Shown here one piece after another: positions 23,909 through 36,600 of a stretch of 64,000 nt of DNA. This stretch comes from Macrostomum hystrix (Eukaryota > Animalia > Platyhelminthes): NCBI GenBank assembly GCA_950097015.1, contig CATNEN010000038.1:11780001-11844000 (forward strand). The letters run 5' to 3'. The stretch's first letter is position 1; the number at the start of each line of letters is the position of its first letter. A program made the translations under genes and the position numbers. The notes beneath the pieces were generated by a model, which saw only the letters and a program-made list of their open reading frames with translations, did not search any database and was not told the DNA's origin.

Positions 23909-26900
23909 ATGAGCCAGTTCCTCCAACCAATAAGAGCGATCTGTTTGCTGCTGCCCATCTGCCTTCTGTCAGCAGTTTGCAGAGCGGTGCCTCTCGGTAC
24001 TTCTGGCAGCAGTCGAAGCCCCGTGATTCTGGGTGAGTGAGCTCGACTTTCGTGTAACTTCGGACTGCTGACCGGGCAGTGGCGAACCCAGGGGGTGCCT
24101 CCTGGTTATGGGGGTTTTATCCCAACTTCCTCCGACGGAGGAGTTCCGCTCGTAATAAAATTAAGGATTGTGGACACTGGAGAATCCTTTAATGACTGTG
24201 ACTTGACCATTTACTCCTTACCATACGCGCCCACGCAGAGGTGTACATCTGACCTGTACTCTCACTGTTTCCTGGTGGTAATTGTTGGCCCTCATGGGCG
24301 TAAAATGCACGCCAAGACCCCCTGAACCTTCCCTGCTCTGCTGGACCCCAAGTTCTGGAGGTAAAACGAGTTATCGCCGCTCGCTTTTCAGGCGCATGAG
24401 AAATATATTACGTCTCTGAGCTAGTCAGGTAATTCCCTATTGCTCCTAGCTTGTACATCATTAGCTGGGTTGGAAATCCGGGTAGGTGTGGCGACCCCCA
24501 ATTAATCTATAGACTAAAAGTACACAGCCTTTGGATGCGCCGTGCAATAGCTGCAGTTGTGCCACATATTTGTATTCTTACAGTTCCTGGCAACGGAGGC
24601 AGCCAGCTTTGGGCCCACCTGCATGGCACTAAAAGTCCGTGGTACTGTCGCCGAAGATCAGCTAGGGAGAAGCCGCAGCAGTTGTGGCTAGATATGAGCA
24701 GCCTGTTGTATCCTGCCCTCAACTGCCTGGCCTACAACCTTAAGTGAGCGCTTTATGGAAGCACCCTACTGTACGCGAGATCAGTGTTGAAGTGCTGCTG
24801 ATTTTCTAATCATTTTCATCGTGCTGTGACGCTTCGATTGCATGGAGTGTCTAAGAAACTTTGTAGTTTCAGAACGCTGTGACATTTCAGAGCGGTTTTA
24901 AGTTTCAGAACGCTTTCAAGTTTCAGAACGCTTTCAATTTTCGGAACGCTTTCAAGTTTCAGAACGCTTTCAAGTTTCAGAACGCTTTTAAGTTACGGAA
25001 CAGTTTCAAGTTTCAGAACGCTTTTAAGTTTCGGAACAGTTTCAATTTTCAGAACGCTTTTAAGTTTCAGAACGCTTTCAAGTTTCAGAACGCTTTCAAT
25101 TTTCAGAACGCCTTCAATTTTCAGAACGCTTTCAAGTTTCAGAACGCTTTCAATTTTCGGAACGCTTTCAAGTTTCAGAACGCTTTTAAGTTTCAGAACG
25201 CTTTCAAGTTTCAGAACGCTTTCAAGTTTCGGAACGCTTTCAAGTTTCAGAACGCTTTCAAGTTTCAGAACAGTTTCAATTTTCAGAACGCTTTCAAGTT
25301 TCAGAACGCTTTCAAGTTTCAGAGTGACTTTAGCATCAAATAGATTTCGCGCTTCACAAGTAAGGAACACAAGGACCACTAGGAATTAAGTATATAAGTT
25401 AAGTAGTTAAGTAAGTATAGTAGTTGTCTAGTCAAGTAGTACTTGAAGGAACATTTGAAAATATTTAGTTTCAATGGTGCTTTAGGTTTCAAAACAATTT
25501 GAAGATGAAAAATGCTGGGATGCTTCAGAACGATCTGTAGGTAAAATTCAGGCCATCTGAATTGACTCTAATGATTTTCTCGATTCCGCACTTCTAGTGG
25601 TCATACGGCTCGTATAGTAACATGATTTTTTGCCGATTTTGTCGCAAAAACCAGGCTGACGACCCAGCCTGAAGGTCTATTCAGTGCAGCATCTACCATA
25701 GACAATACAGGCGTTAGCACCTTCGTGCCCGGCTTTGGCACCGTTGACACGATGTTGTGGATCTCCAGCTGGGAGTCCAAGTACAGTGAGTGCTTTTTTA
25801 GCTGTTCTATTCAGTGGGGTTTGGACATAACATCTCCCACTCAGTTTTTTTTCAACTTCAAAGTTATACCTAATTTTCCAAAGCGGCGTACTACTCAACC
25901 CTGGTGGCCCACCTGGAGGATAAGTTGGGCTATAAAAGGAACTCCGATATCAGAGGCGCGCCGTACGACTTCCGAAAGGCGCCAGGTGAGACAGGAACAG
26001 CATACTCAAAGATTTTTCCAAGCCCGACTGGGTCTTTCTTGCTTAAAATAATTGGTCCAATTTTTTTTCAGACGAGCTGGAAAACTATTTCCAATCGTTG
26101 AAGGAGCTCGTCGAGGAGGCGTATGCTAAAGCCGCTGGCCGCCGAGTTGTGCTAGTGGCGCACAGCCTTGGCGGCAAGCTGACTCTGCACTTCTTGCAGG
26201 CGCAGTCGTCCGATTGGAAGCAAAAGTACATCGAGCACTTTATCGCCATCGGCGGAGCCTTCGGAGGAGTGACAGCTTCGCTGCGGGCCATGCTGTTGGG
26301 TAAGGACTGTCCTCTGTACAATGAATCAAAGCAACTGTTTGGCTGTCCTGTTAACAGTAGAACAAACAAGAGACGCCTCTGTGAGCCAGCGAGCCAAGCT
26401 GTGAAATTTTTTTGGCAGCGCCTGAATGCTTACAGCGTTGGGTGGTGTGGTAAGTGATTGGTTGACAGACTAGGCGAGGGTGTCTAATATTTAGTCTTGG
26501 TCAGTAAAATTGGAGAAATTCGCGTCAGGGTGTCCATATAGTGGTCTAGTTCCACCTGTTGTAGTCATTGAAGGTCCAGCAAATCCGTCTAGATTAAGGT
26601 ATAGGTGACCACCGAAGACGGAGATGATGCAGGCACGTTCGGGTGACATGCTGATAAATTTTGAAGGCCTGGCAAGGCCGCACCGAGGCGCAGTGCTAAT
26701 TCGTGTATAGGGGTGTATGAAATATACTTGCGCTTTTGGGAAAAATAAGACCTTCGGCCAGAGCTGGCGACTTGATTCTTGTTTCAGAACATACGCAACA
26801 AAAATTTGGCCCATGTTCTTGCGTTTCTTGTGCTTGCATTGCTCCGTTCAGGTTGAATGAACTGATTATCAGACTATTTACGAGTACCTACCGCTTCCCG

Positions 26901-27433
26901 CAGGCTACAACCTGGGCATTCCCCTGGTGGATCCCCTGCGGTTTCGGCCGGTGCAACGGTCCTGGCCCAGCACGCATTACCTGCTGCCGGACGCTAGTCT
27001 CTTTGGCCCAGATCGGCCGCTGGTGAAAGCCACTGAGCCACCGACGCCAAAGCCGGATGTGTACACCGCGGCCAACCTGTCGGCCCTGTTTGCCAGGACC
27101 GGCTATGCCAGAGGCTACACTGAAGGTCGAGTCCGTTACGGCGGCCTGACGGACGTAGCGAAGCCGCCCGGAGTGGCCACAACCTGCGTGTTCGGCGACG
27201 GCCAGCCAACTCTGGCCAGCATCGCCTGGCCGGCCGACTCAGGCGAAGACGACACTCATGAGCCCGGCGACGGGACGGTGGCAGCGGCAACGGAGCAGAT
27301 CTGCAACGACTGGAAAGGCAGGCAGGCCGCGCCGGTGCGCGTGACCCGGCTGACCGGGGCGCAGCACATGGCGATTCTGTCCGACCAGCGACTGCTGGAG
27401 CTTGTTGCCAGCGTGATTGGAGGCCATAACTGA
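23909..27433 (+). CDS. PLA2G15: LCAT-family lipase / group XV lysosomal phospholipase A2-like, 6 exons, ~424 aa, N-terminal signal peptide
   Basis: Exons 23909-24032, 24584-24743, 25655-25785, 25884-25985, 26072-26299, 26904-27433 (1275 nt, in frame). Motifs PVILVPGNGGSQL, VPGFG, GAPYDFRKAP, AHSLG (nucleophile Ser), GDGTV (Asp), GAQHMAIL (His). Hydrophobic N-terminus ICLLLPICLLSAVC. Candidate polyA signal AATAAA at 27818. PLA2G15 versus LCAT naming is by family resemblance only. Confidence 0.88.
24458..24568 (+). mobile_element. Diverged SINE family A fragment just upstream of lipase exon 2
   Basis: GGTGTGGCGACCCC...CAGCCTTTGGATGCGCCGTGCAATAGCTGCAG matches the family A 3' half. Confidence 0.6.
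24867..25323. repeat. 18-bp minisatellite (TTTCAGAACGCTTTCAAG)
   Basis: Tandem array in lipase intron 2. Confidence 0.96.
26400..26780. repeat. Unclassified ~380-bp dispersed repeat (second copy at 53260-53331 + 54342-54655, split by MITE copy 2)
   Basis: Long near-identical stretches, e.g. AATTGGAGAAATTCGCGTCAGGGTGTCCA...GAAGGTCCAGCAAATCCGTCTAGA...TTCGTGTATAGGGGTGTATGAAATA, at both loci. Confidence 0.85.
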
Positions 27434-27574
27434 CCTGTCCGAGAAGCCTGCTTTCATTGGGTGTCATGTATTCTGCGCTTTTACGCTCTGTGAATTTGTT
27501 GTTTCGCATTGCTTTAATTCCTGATCCAATATATCGACCATTGACTATCAGGATAACATCGTTTTGCACACTGC

Positions 27575-27607
<33 letters not shown>

Positions 27608-28176
27608 GTCTGTCTGTCTGACTGTCTCTCTGTCTCTCTGACTCCGTCTCTATTTCTTGTTCTCCCTGTCTGCCTATCTCACTATCTGTCTTCATGCTTG
27701 TCTGGCTCAACTTTGTGATCATAGCCTTTCGATTTCCGTCATAATTACCTTTCGCTTGCAAGCTCGTATAGGTGTACATGATAAATAGGAATATGTATTT
27801 ACCATTGCAGGAAAAAAAATAAATGTCATTCTTTGTCTGCCATTTCGCGTTGAAAAACTCCCCAACCAGTTGAACATCCTTCTTCCCTTTAGTTTTTTTC
27901 AGCCTTTATTTCGCACCGCTGCTTTGCTGTACAAGAACGCTGACTTTGGCTGTTAATGTCGCAGTCGTCACTCTGGTGCATGTTCAGAGAGTGAAGCATC
28001 AGGCTGTGGTTGGGCTGGATGGTTCCTTCACGGCTTGCGCACGAACTACTGGTATGGGAAAGAATTCAGAATATAACACGACCTGGTGATTGTGGAACAG
28101 CTGTACAGTACAGCTGTACAGACTAGAATTTTGTCGCTTCTAATGCACATCCCACATACTCGTCTATTCGACTGAA

Positions 28177-28213
<37 letters not shown>

Positions 28214-28902
28214 ATCTTTCTGAATTGTCCCGAAGATTGTGGTAAAGACACACTCTAGAGAAAGAAAGCTGCAGCTGGTGGCGGTGGTGGACGCACACGA
28301 ATGGGGGATATTAGGCTTATAGAGAAAATGCCAATCGCCTGTCTGTTGTGCGCAAGCCAAGTTTCTAGCGCACTTACACGTGTGCTGGACCGTGTTGTGT
28401 GGGTGGAATTGGGGGGCATTGCATACAGTATAGGAGAATCGCTGCTGCGAGTCATCGATCCACGTAGCTAATGCAGGCAGGTCAGGGCCAAATCCCCAAT
28501 ACCTTTTCTCTTTCTCTCCCCTATTCGGGCGCAGCCTCTTCACCTCGCTGCTGGATGAAAAGTTTCTTGTCTCCCCCAGTTCCAGGGGGATCTTTTGCAA
28601 AAGTGGATGAAGTCTCGTTGGGTTTGGGAATGGCAGTCGAATGGGAAGGGGAGAAGGGGTGGCGGTCTGCCGTTTCTGCCAAGTTAAATGTCGCTGCGGC
28701 CCTCTGCTAATTCCGCCTCCTCCTTCCTTCACATCGCAGTCAGCGCATCTCCTCCTTCACCTTCCAACCGTTGTTAGAATTGTCCGCCTTGTCCGCCAGG
28801 CTTTTCGTTGCGACTTAGATTTCGCCGCTCACATAGCGAAGCAGTTTTGCTGAAATTTGCAATCTCAAGTCTTATAGTCAAGGCTATAATCAAATCCGAA
28901 GA

Positions 28903-30588
28903 ATGGACGCCATCAAGAAGAAGATGCTGGTGCTGAAGCTCGAGCGGGAGAATGCTGAGGAAAAGTAAGTTTCGCATTGTGTTTGATATTGATTATTATT
29001 TTAGAATCAGTACGTGACGCAAAGTATGACAGATCATAGTTCATACGAGAAATATAGCTCAAGAACCGATATTCGCTACTAAAAAATGCCAGACAGACAA
29101 GAAAAAACCATTAAGAAGCCAAATTTGTGTCGCCAGAAGGTTAAATACAAGAAACGACTATAAAAGGGAATCGTATAGTAAAACTCTATCACATAAGGGG
29201 ATTTCGCCTTTCATTTAGATTGATATTTTCTCTACAAATATAGTTGTAATAACTATGCAGTTAATGCACAGAGCATATAGAGTTAAAAGTCTAAGGATTA
29301 GTTTCTCTTTTTTTCAAAGAAGAAATAACTGACCTGCGATCTATTTTTACTGTCGAAACCAGGACCACTCAGCTGAATGTCAAGCTGCAGGAAAAGGAGG
29401 CCGAAATGAACAAGAAGGAGGAAGAGATGGGTGAACTTCAGAATAACTTCAAGCAAATGCAAATCAATGTGGACGAAGCGCAGGAGGCTTTGGCTACTGC
29501 TAATACCAACCTCGATGAGACAGAGAAGCGGGCGAGCAACGTAAGTGATTCAATCGCCCTTTTATGCCGGAAAGATATTTTTGTTTTTTCCGTAAAAAGT
29601 TTTCGTTTAGACGAAAATTTAAATGTAAGAATTGTTGCTCCTTTCTAGGAATCATAGTCCGATCAATACATTGTAGGTCTTACCGTCTCTAAGAACTAGC
29701 TAGTGATATCGTGATAGTTGTGTTTCCCATTTTCTAAGCTATTATATTAAAGTCTGGGTAAAATAGTGCTACGGTTTTTTTCGCCTACCTTCTATATAAC
29801 TAATACAATAAAATATATCCAGTCATGTCGATGTCAGCTACCAAGGATGCTCAGGGCCAGGGCCAAAATATTTTGACAACTCTTAAAAACAAGATGCAGT
29901 GTCTTAGGAATGAGCTTGATAAGGTCTCAGAAGATCTAGCTAAAAAAGAGCTTGCTCTTAAGGAAGAGGTTCATTTGCGTGCTCAGGTAATCAAATTAAA
30001 ACTTTAAAGCGTTCATTTTGCTTTGCTTTTTGCCTGGAAATGCAATCTGTCCTATCTATGAAAAGTTGGCCTAAACTTGTACAAAAATTAGCATAGGCAA
30101 AACTAAAAGAAATTAAATACTGGTTTGGAATGTTGATATAATTGTTAACTTCTTGCATGAGAAAACGGTTTCTACTATAACACATTAGATTAGATGTGGT
30201 TAAAATTAAGTTTTAAAAAATCTCTATTTACAGTTTTTATCAAACTAGAGTTAATATTACTTCTTTTCTTAAAGTATCATGAGCAATTTCTTACAAGAGG
30301 TTGTAGCCTAGTGGTTAGAGTATCAGACTCACAACTTGAAGGTTGGGGGTTCGATTCCTGACTCCACTGGAACAATTTGTGTCCTTTAGCAAGACACTCA
30401 ACTCTGCATTGCTTCAGTTCACCCAGCTGTTAAATGGGTACCAGAATCAGCTGGGATAATTGAAGGTGGGTGTGGCGTCCCCCCAGTCCATGGACTGAAC
30501 AGCTGTACGCAGCCTTCAGATGCGCCGCGCAATAGCTGCGGCTGTGCTGTTGGCTGCACATCTGACCCAATTGGGCCAGGTGTAATCA

Positions 30589-30629
<41 letters not shown>

Positions 30630-33600
30630 AAGTTAAAAAGCAAAAAACTTATTATTTGTTTGATTTGGTCAATTGCTTTGACCTAATTGATTCAATAAAT
30701 GAGAATAAGCTAATTTGTCTTTAGTTTTTTAATTTATTTTTTTGTATCAAAATAGCTCAAACAAAAAACCTAGTGATAGATTTAGCATTTTGTTTGTGGG
30801 AAAAATTGTTTGGTGTTGCTACAACCAAAAGCAGCTAATTGGACACTATTGTGTCAGTGTGGCACTGTGAAGGCCACTTTGAAGGGAGCTCGAATCACTA
30901 ACCACCTAGCTACAATATCACTTTTAGGCTAGAAAAGCAAAACTTTATTTCGCTGTTCATTTGCATTATTTGCATATAAATATTACAAAGCTCAGATATG
31001 ATGCATGAAACATTTCCATGCTTCTTTAAACAGGCAGAGGCTGAGGTGCAAGCCCTTACTAGGCGCATTCGTCTCCTTGAGGAGGACCTTGAACAGACTG
31101 AGAGCCGCCGTGCCGAGGTCACCCAGAAGCTTGAGCAGGCTAGCAAGCATGCAGATGAGAGTGAGCGGTAAGCATGTATATCTTTTTATTTATTTGTCTA
31201 TAGCAATGTAGTAATAAGCAATGTACAATGTAATATACTTCTCTATATATTTACTTATCAACGTTTATCTATTTTATTGAATACATATTTAGGAAGTTAT
31301 TAACAATTTTTTACATGATTTAATCTACATGCCCAAGACAGATGCCTTGCCATTTTAATTTTACAATGGATAAGTCTAAATATGTAATTTTGAATTGTGC
31401 ATGAATTTTCAACATTTTCACATATTTGATATCATAAGCCTAAGAATATGAAGTTTCACTTAGTTTATCTACAGTGTTTTTATCTTCATCCAATTGCTAG
31501 AAAGGAAATGGCTTAGATATTCACATATCATTAGTGGTTCTGTTTTCTATTAAATTCACACCAAGAAGTTTCTAACAAGACGTTCGAAAATTGTTTAAAA
31601 AAAGCGGTTTTAATTCGTTTTTTTGCATAATTTAAGTTTTATTACTTGTCAACACTGCAACCAACAAGTTTATTTAACCACCTGTTTGAAATAGTAAAAA
31701 ATACATTAGTCTTATTGCAGCTACCTATTAACCCTTGATCCATTTTTACCCTATTTTCATCTACTGTATTGCAAGCATGAACCAATTGATAGGTCCGTTA
31801 ATCAATTAGTTGTCACACTTAATCCAGCCGTTGCTACCGTTAATCCACCCGTTGCTACCGTTAATCCACCCGTTGCTACCTTAAATTTATCTATTACAAG
31901 CGTTGTTCTATGTTCCGCCACTATTTTGCATAGAGTTTATAAAGTATTATTATTATATATAGTTATTTTTAATTCCCAACCTGACTGGCATGTGCAATCT
32001 TTGTGCTTTTAATTTGCTGTCTGGTTCATTGTGCATGCTTTCGCTAGGCAGCTAAGGTTTCAACTTTAAATTCTCTCCGATTTAAAAAACCAACTTGCTA
32101 AAACTAACCGCGCCCCAGATCTCGCAAGGTCATGGAGAGCCAGCTCAATGCGGTGGAGACTGAGACAACCGGCCTAGAGCAGCGCTTCAAGGACGCCACG
32201 CAGGCCGCTTCAGAGGCCGAAAAAAAATACGAGGAGGTTAGACGCTTAGTGTTCATCCCCGCGCTAGCGGGAATGACGGGAGCAATGTGCTCTGTGGATT
32301 TTAATTTTTTTTTCGTTGAACAATTAATGCAAGCATTTTGTGTTTAATGTGTTCTAATGGTAATACATCTTTTAAGACTTTAATTCGTTCAAAATTTAAT
32401 CTGATTTTTTTCCCGATCCTTCAGGACCACTCTTCCCGATCCTTCAGGATCACTCTTCCCGATCCTTCAGGACCACTCTTCCCAATACTTCAGGACCACT
32501 TTTCCCGATCCTTCAGGACCACTCTTCCCGATCCTTCAGGACCACTCTTCCCGATCCTTCAGGACCACTCTTCCCGATCCTTCAGGACCACTCTTCCCGA
32601 TCCTTCAGGACCACTCTTCCCGATCCTTCAGGACCACTCTTCCCGATACTTCAGGACCACTCCTCCCAATACTTCAGGAACACTCTTCCCAATACTTCAG
32701 GACCACTCTTCCCGATCCTTCAGGACCACTCTTCCCGATCCTTCAGGACCACTCTTCCCAATACTTCAGGACCACTCCTCCCGATCCTTCCTGCCGGCTA
32801 TTTGTTTTGTGTTTTTCTATAGTTTCGTGTCTTTAAAAGCGCACTTTAATAAGATTGTTTAATGTAATTGTTGTGTACAATGGATTTATACTTTTAAGTA
32901 TTCTAATGGGACATTCATTTGGTTAAGAATTGGTAAAGAAGTTTAGGTAGAAAAATGATACTAAAGCCAAATGCGCCAACAATCAACAATGCCAGCGCTC
33001 GCAAACTGCTGGAGACTCGCTCCATCGCAGATGATGAGCGGCTGGGCACCCTAGAGGAGCAGCTTAAAGAGGCCAAGTACATCGCCGAGGATGCCGACAG
33101 GAAGTACGACGAGGCCGCTCGCCGCTTGGCCATCTCCGAGGTTGACCTCGGTCGCGTTGATTCGCGCCTGGAGACCGCCGAAAGGTCCCTAAACCCAAAC
33201 TAGGATTCAAGAATGATATGCTTGATATATTGGCCCCCGCATGGATTTGATGTTCCGTTTTTTAAGGATTTTTTTTTCTTCCGGCTCTCTGATTGGATAG
33301 GTCGGGAGCTAATGAAGCTTTCCGATGGGCTGTCGTTTGGGGGAGGAGCGCGGAGTGAGGTGGGTGCTCGGATTGGACATAATGAAGCTTTCTGATTGGG
33401 TGGCTGACGGTTCGTGTGAAATAGGGAGTGAGGTGGATGCTCAGATGGGAAATAATGAAGCTTTCTGATTGGATGGATGTTTTAGATAGATTGATAGATT
33501 GATAGAGAGTTTTTTGATTGAATTAGCAATAAGTGACCAGTTTATGTTTTAATTCTTCAAGCAGAATCTTTGCCGATAAATATGGCAGATAAATAAGAAG

Positions 33601-36600
33601 AATATTTATTCAGTTGTAATCATAATTAGCTATCAAATTAACTTTATAAATCTTGCAAGTCCTACAATGCCTAGCTGCGCTTGTAAGCCTCGGAAAGTTT
33701 GCAGCTACATTATACACTGTCGCATAAAGTTTACACTTTGTCAAATGATGATGCTTTGGGTCTGGTCTAGTTTTCGCTCGCGCCTGAATACTTTTGTCGC
33801 TGTGTTTTGTGTGCGTATGTATGGCAACACCTGGGCTAGAATGTGGCCTGCGTTTTGTTTCCGAGTCGCGCGACTAAAATGTGTCAGGCAAATTAGCATC
33901 GGTGTCACCGGGGTAGTGGGCGGGCAGCAGGTTCACTAGAGACACAAAGTGAAGCCTGCATTCTGTGTAGGTTGCTGCATGTTATATGTGTTCGGGTCTG
34001 TTTGATGGCTAATGCAGAACACAGACGTGCTAAATTTGTTTTTGGCTACATAAACGCACGCACATGAACTTTTTGTTCTATAATTCTGCAAAGTTTGCTT
34101 TTAAATCCTATATAAAAACTAAATAAATGTTTTTCCGCAACACCTTACTAATTAAAATTTAATTAAATGCGAAACTTAGGTCAGCAGAAAGCAGCGATTG
34201 ACGGAATCCCAGCTCGAGCGGGCAGAGTCGCGAGCTGAAGCCAGCGAAAGACGCGCCAAGGAGCTTCAAGATGAACTGCAGAAGCTGGGCCATAGTCTCA
34301 GATCGCTTGAGGCCAGCGGGGCACAGGTACTGGCTTTAGCTCAGTGCCAGTTTATTATCAGTGAGGTTTGGGTTTAGCTCAGTGCCAGTTTATTATCAGT
34401 GAGGTTTGGCTTTAGCTCAGTGCCAGTTTATTATCAGAGAGGTTTGGCTTTAGCTCAGTGCCAGTTTATTATCAGTGAGGTTTGGGTTTAGCTCAGTGCC
34501 AGTTTATTATCAGTGAGGTTTGGCTTTAGCTCAGTGCCAGTTTATTATCAGTGAGGTTTGGGTTCAGCTCAGTGCCAGTTTATTATCAGTGAGGTTTGGG
34601 TTCAGCTCAGTGCCAGTTTATTATCAGTGAGGTTTGGCTTTAGCTCAGTGCTAGCTTATTATCAGGGAGGTTTGGCTTTAGCTCAGTGCCAGTTTATTAT
34701 CAGTGAGGTTTGGCTTTAGCTCAGTGCCAGTTTATTATCAGGGAGGTTTGGCTTTAGCTCCGTGCTAGCTTATTATCAGTGAGGTTTGGCTTTAGCTCAG
34801 TGCCAGTTTATTATCAGGGAGGTTTGGCTTTAGCTCCGTGCTAGCTTATTATCAGTGAGGTTTGGCTTTAGCTCAGTGCCAGTTTATTATCAGTGAGGTT
34901 TGGCTTTAGCTCAGTGCCAGTTTATTATCAGGGAGGTTTGGCTTTAGCTCAGTGCCAGCTTATTATCAGTGAGGTTTGGCTTTAGCTCAGTGCCAGTTTA
35001 TTATCAGTGAGGTTTGGGTTTAGCTCAGTGCCAGTTTATTATCAGTGAGGTTTGGGTTCAGCTCAGTGCCAGTTTATTATCAGTGAGGTTTGGCTTTAGC
35101 TCAGTGCCAGTTTATTATCAGTGAGGTTTGGGTTCAGCTCAGTGCCAGTTTATTATCAGTGAGGTTTGGGTTCAGCTCAGTGCCAGTTTATTATCAGTGA
35201 GGTTTGGCTTTAGCTCAGTGCCAGTTTATTATCAGTGAGGTTTGGGTTCAGCTCAGTGCCAGTTTATTATCAGTGAGGTTTGGGTTCAGCTCAGTGCCAG
35301 TTTATTATCAGTGAGGTTTAGGTTCAGCTCAGTGCCAGTTTATTATCAGTGAGGTTTGGCTTTAGCTCAGTGCCAGTTTATTATCAGTGAGGTTTGGGTT
35401 CAGCTCAGTGCCAGTTTATTATCAGTGAGGTTTGGGTTCAGCTCAGTGCCAGTTTATTATCAGTGAGGTTTGGCTTTAGCTCAGTGCCAGTTTATTATCA
35501 GTGAGGTTTGGGTTCAGCTCAGTGCCAGTTTATTATCAGTGAGGTTTGGGTTCAGCTCAGTGCCAGTTTATTATCAGTGAGGTTTAGGTTCAGCTCAGTG
35601 CCAGTTTATTATCAGTGAGGTTTGGCTTTAGCTCAGTGCCAGTTTATTATCAGGGAGGTTTGGCTTTAGCTCAGTGCCAGCTTATTATCAGTGAGGTTTG
35701 GGTTTAGCTCAGTGCCAGTTTATTATCAGTGAGGTTTGGGTTCAGCTCAGTGCCAGTTTATTATCAGTGAGGTTTGGGTTCAGCTCAGTGCCAGTTTATT
35801 ATCAGTGAGGTTTGGCTTTAGCTCAGTGCCAGTTTATTATCAGTGAGGTTTGGCTTTAGCTCAGTGCCAGTTTATTATCAGTGAGGTTTGGCTTTAGCTC
35901 AGTGCCAGTTTATTATCAGGGAGGTTTGGCTTTAGCTCAGTGCCAGTTTATTATCAGTGAGGTTTGGCTTTAGCTCCGTGCTAGCTTATTATCAGTGAGG
36001 TTTGGCTTTAGCTCAGTGCCAGTTTATTATCAGGGAGGTTTGGCTTTAGCTCCGTGCTAGCTTATTATCAGTGAGGTTTGGCTTTAGCTCAGTGCCAGTT
36101 TATTATCAGTGAGGTTTGGCTTTAGCTCAGTGCCAGTTTATTATCAGGGAGGTTTGGCTTTAGCTCCGTGCTAGCTTATTATCAGTGAGGTTTGGCTTTA
36201 GCTCAGTGCCAGTTTATTATCAGTGAGGTTTGGCTTTAGCTCAGTGCCAGTTTATTATCAGGGAGGTTTGGCTTTAGCTCAGTGCCAGCTTATTATCAGT
36301 GAGGTTTGGCTTTAGCTCAGTGCCAGTTTATTATCAGTGAGGTTTGGGTTTAGCTCAGTGCCAGTTTATTATCAGTGAGGTTTGGGTTCAGCTCAGTGCC
36401 AGTTTATTATCAGTGAGGTTTGGCTTTAGCTCAGTGCCAGTTTATTATCAGTGAGGTTTGGGTTCAGCTCAGTGCCAGTTTATTATCAGTGAGGTTTGGG
36501 TTCAGCTCAGTGCCAGTTTATTATCAGTGAGGTTTGGCTTTAGCTCAGTGCCAGTTTATTATCAGTGAGGTTTGGGTTCAGCTCAGTGCCAGTTTATTAT

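Noticed and set aside
26994-28853. ORFs 26994-27779(-), 28046-28732(-) and neighbours
   Set aside because: Antisense shadows of the lipase exon, microsatellites and the tropomyosin promoter/5' UTR region; no recognisable domains.
30296-30370. tRNA gene
   Set aside because: A/B boxes continue into a CORE domain and an (ATT)n tail and recur in several copies, so this is a SINE head; no clean cloverleaf.
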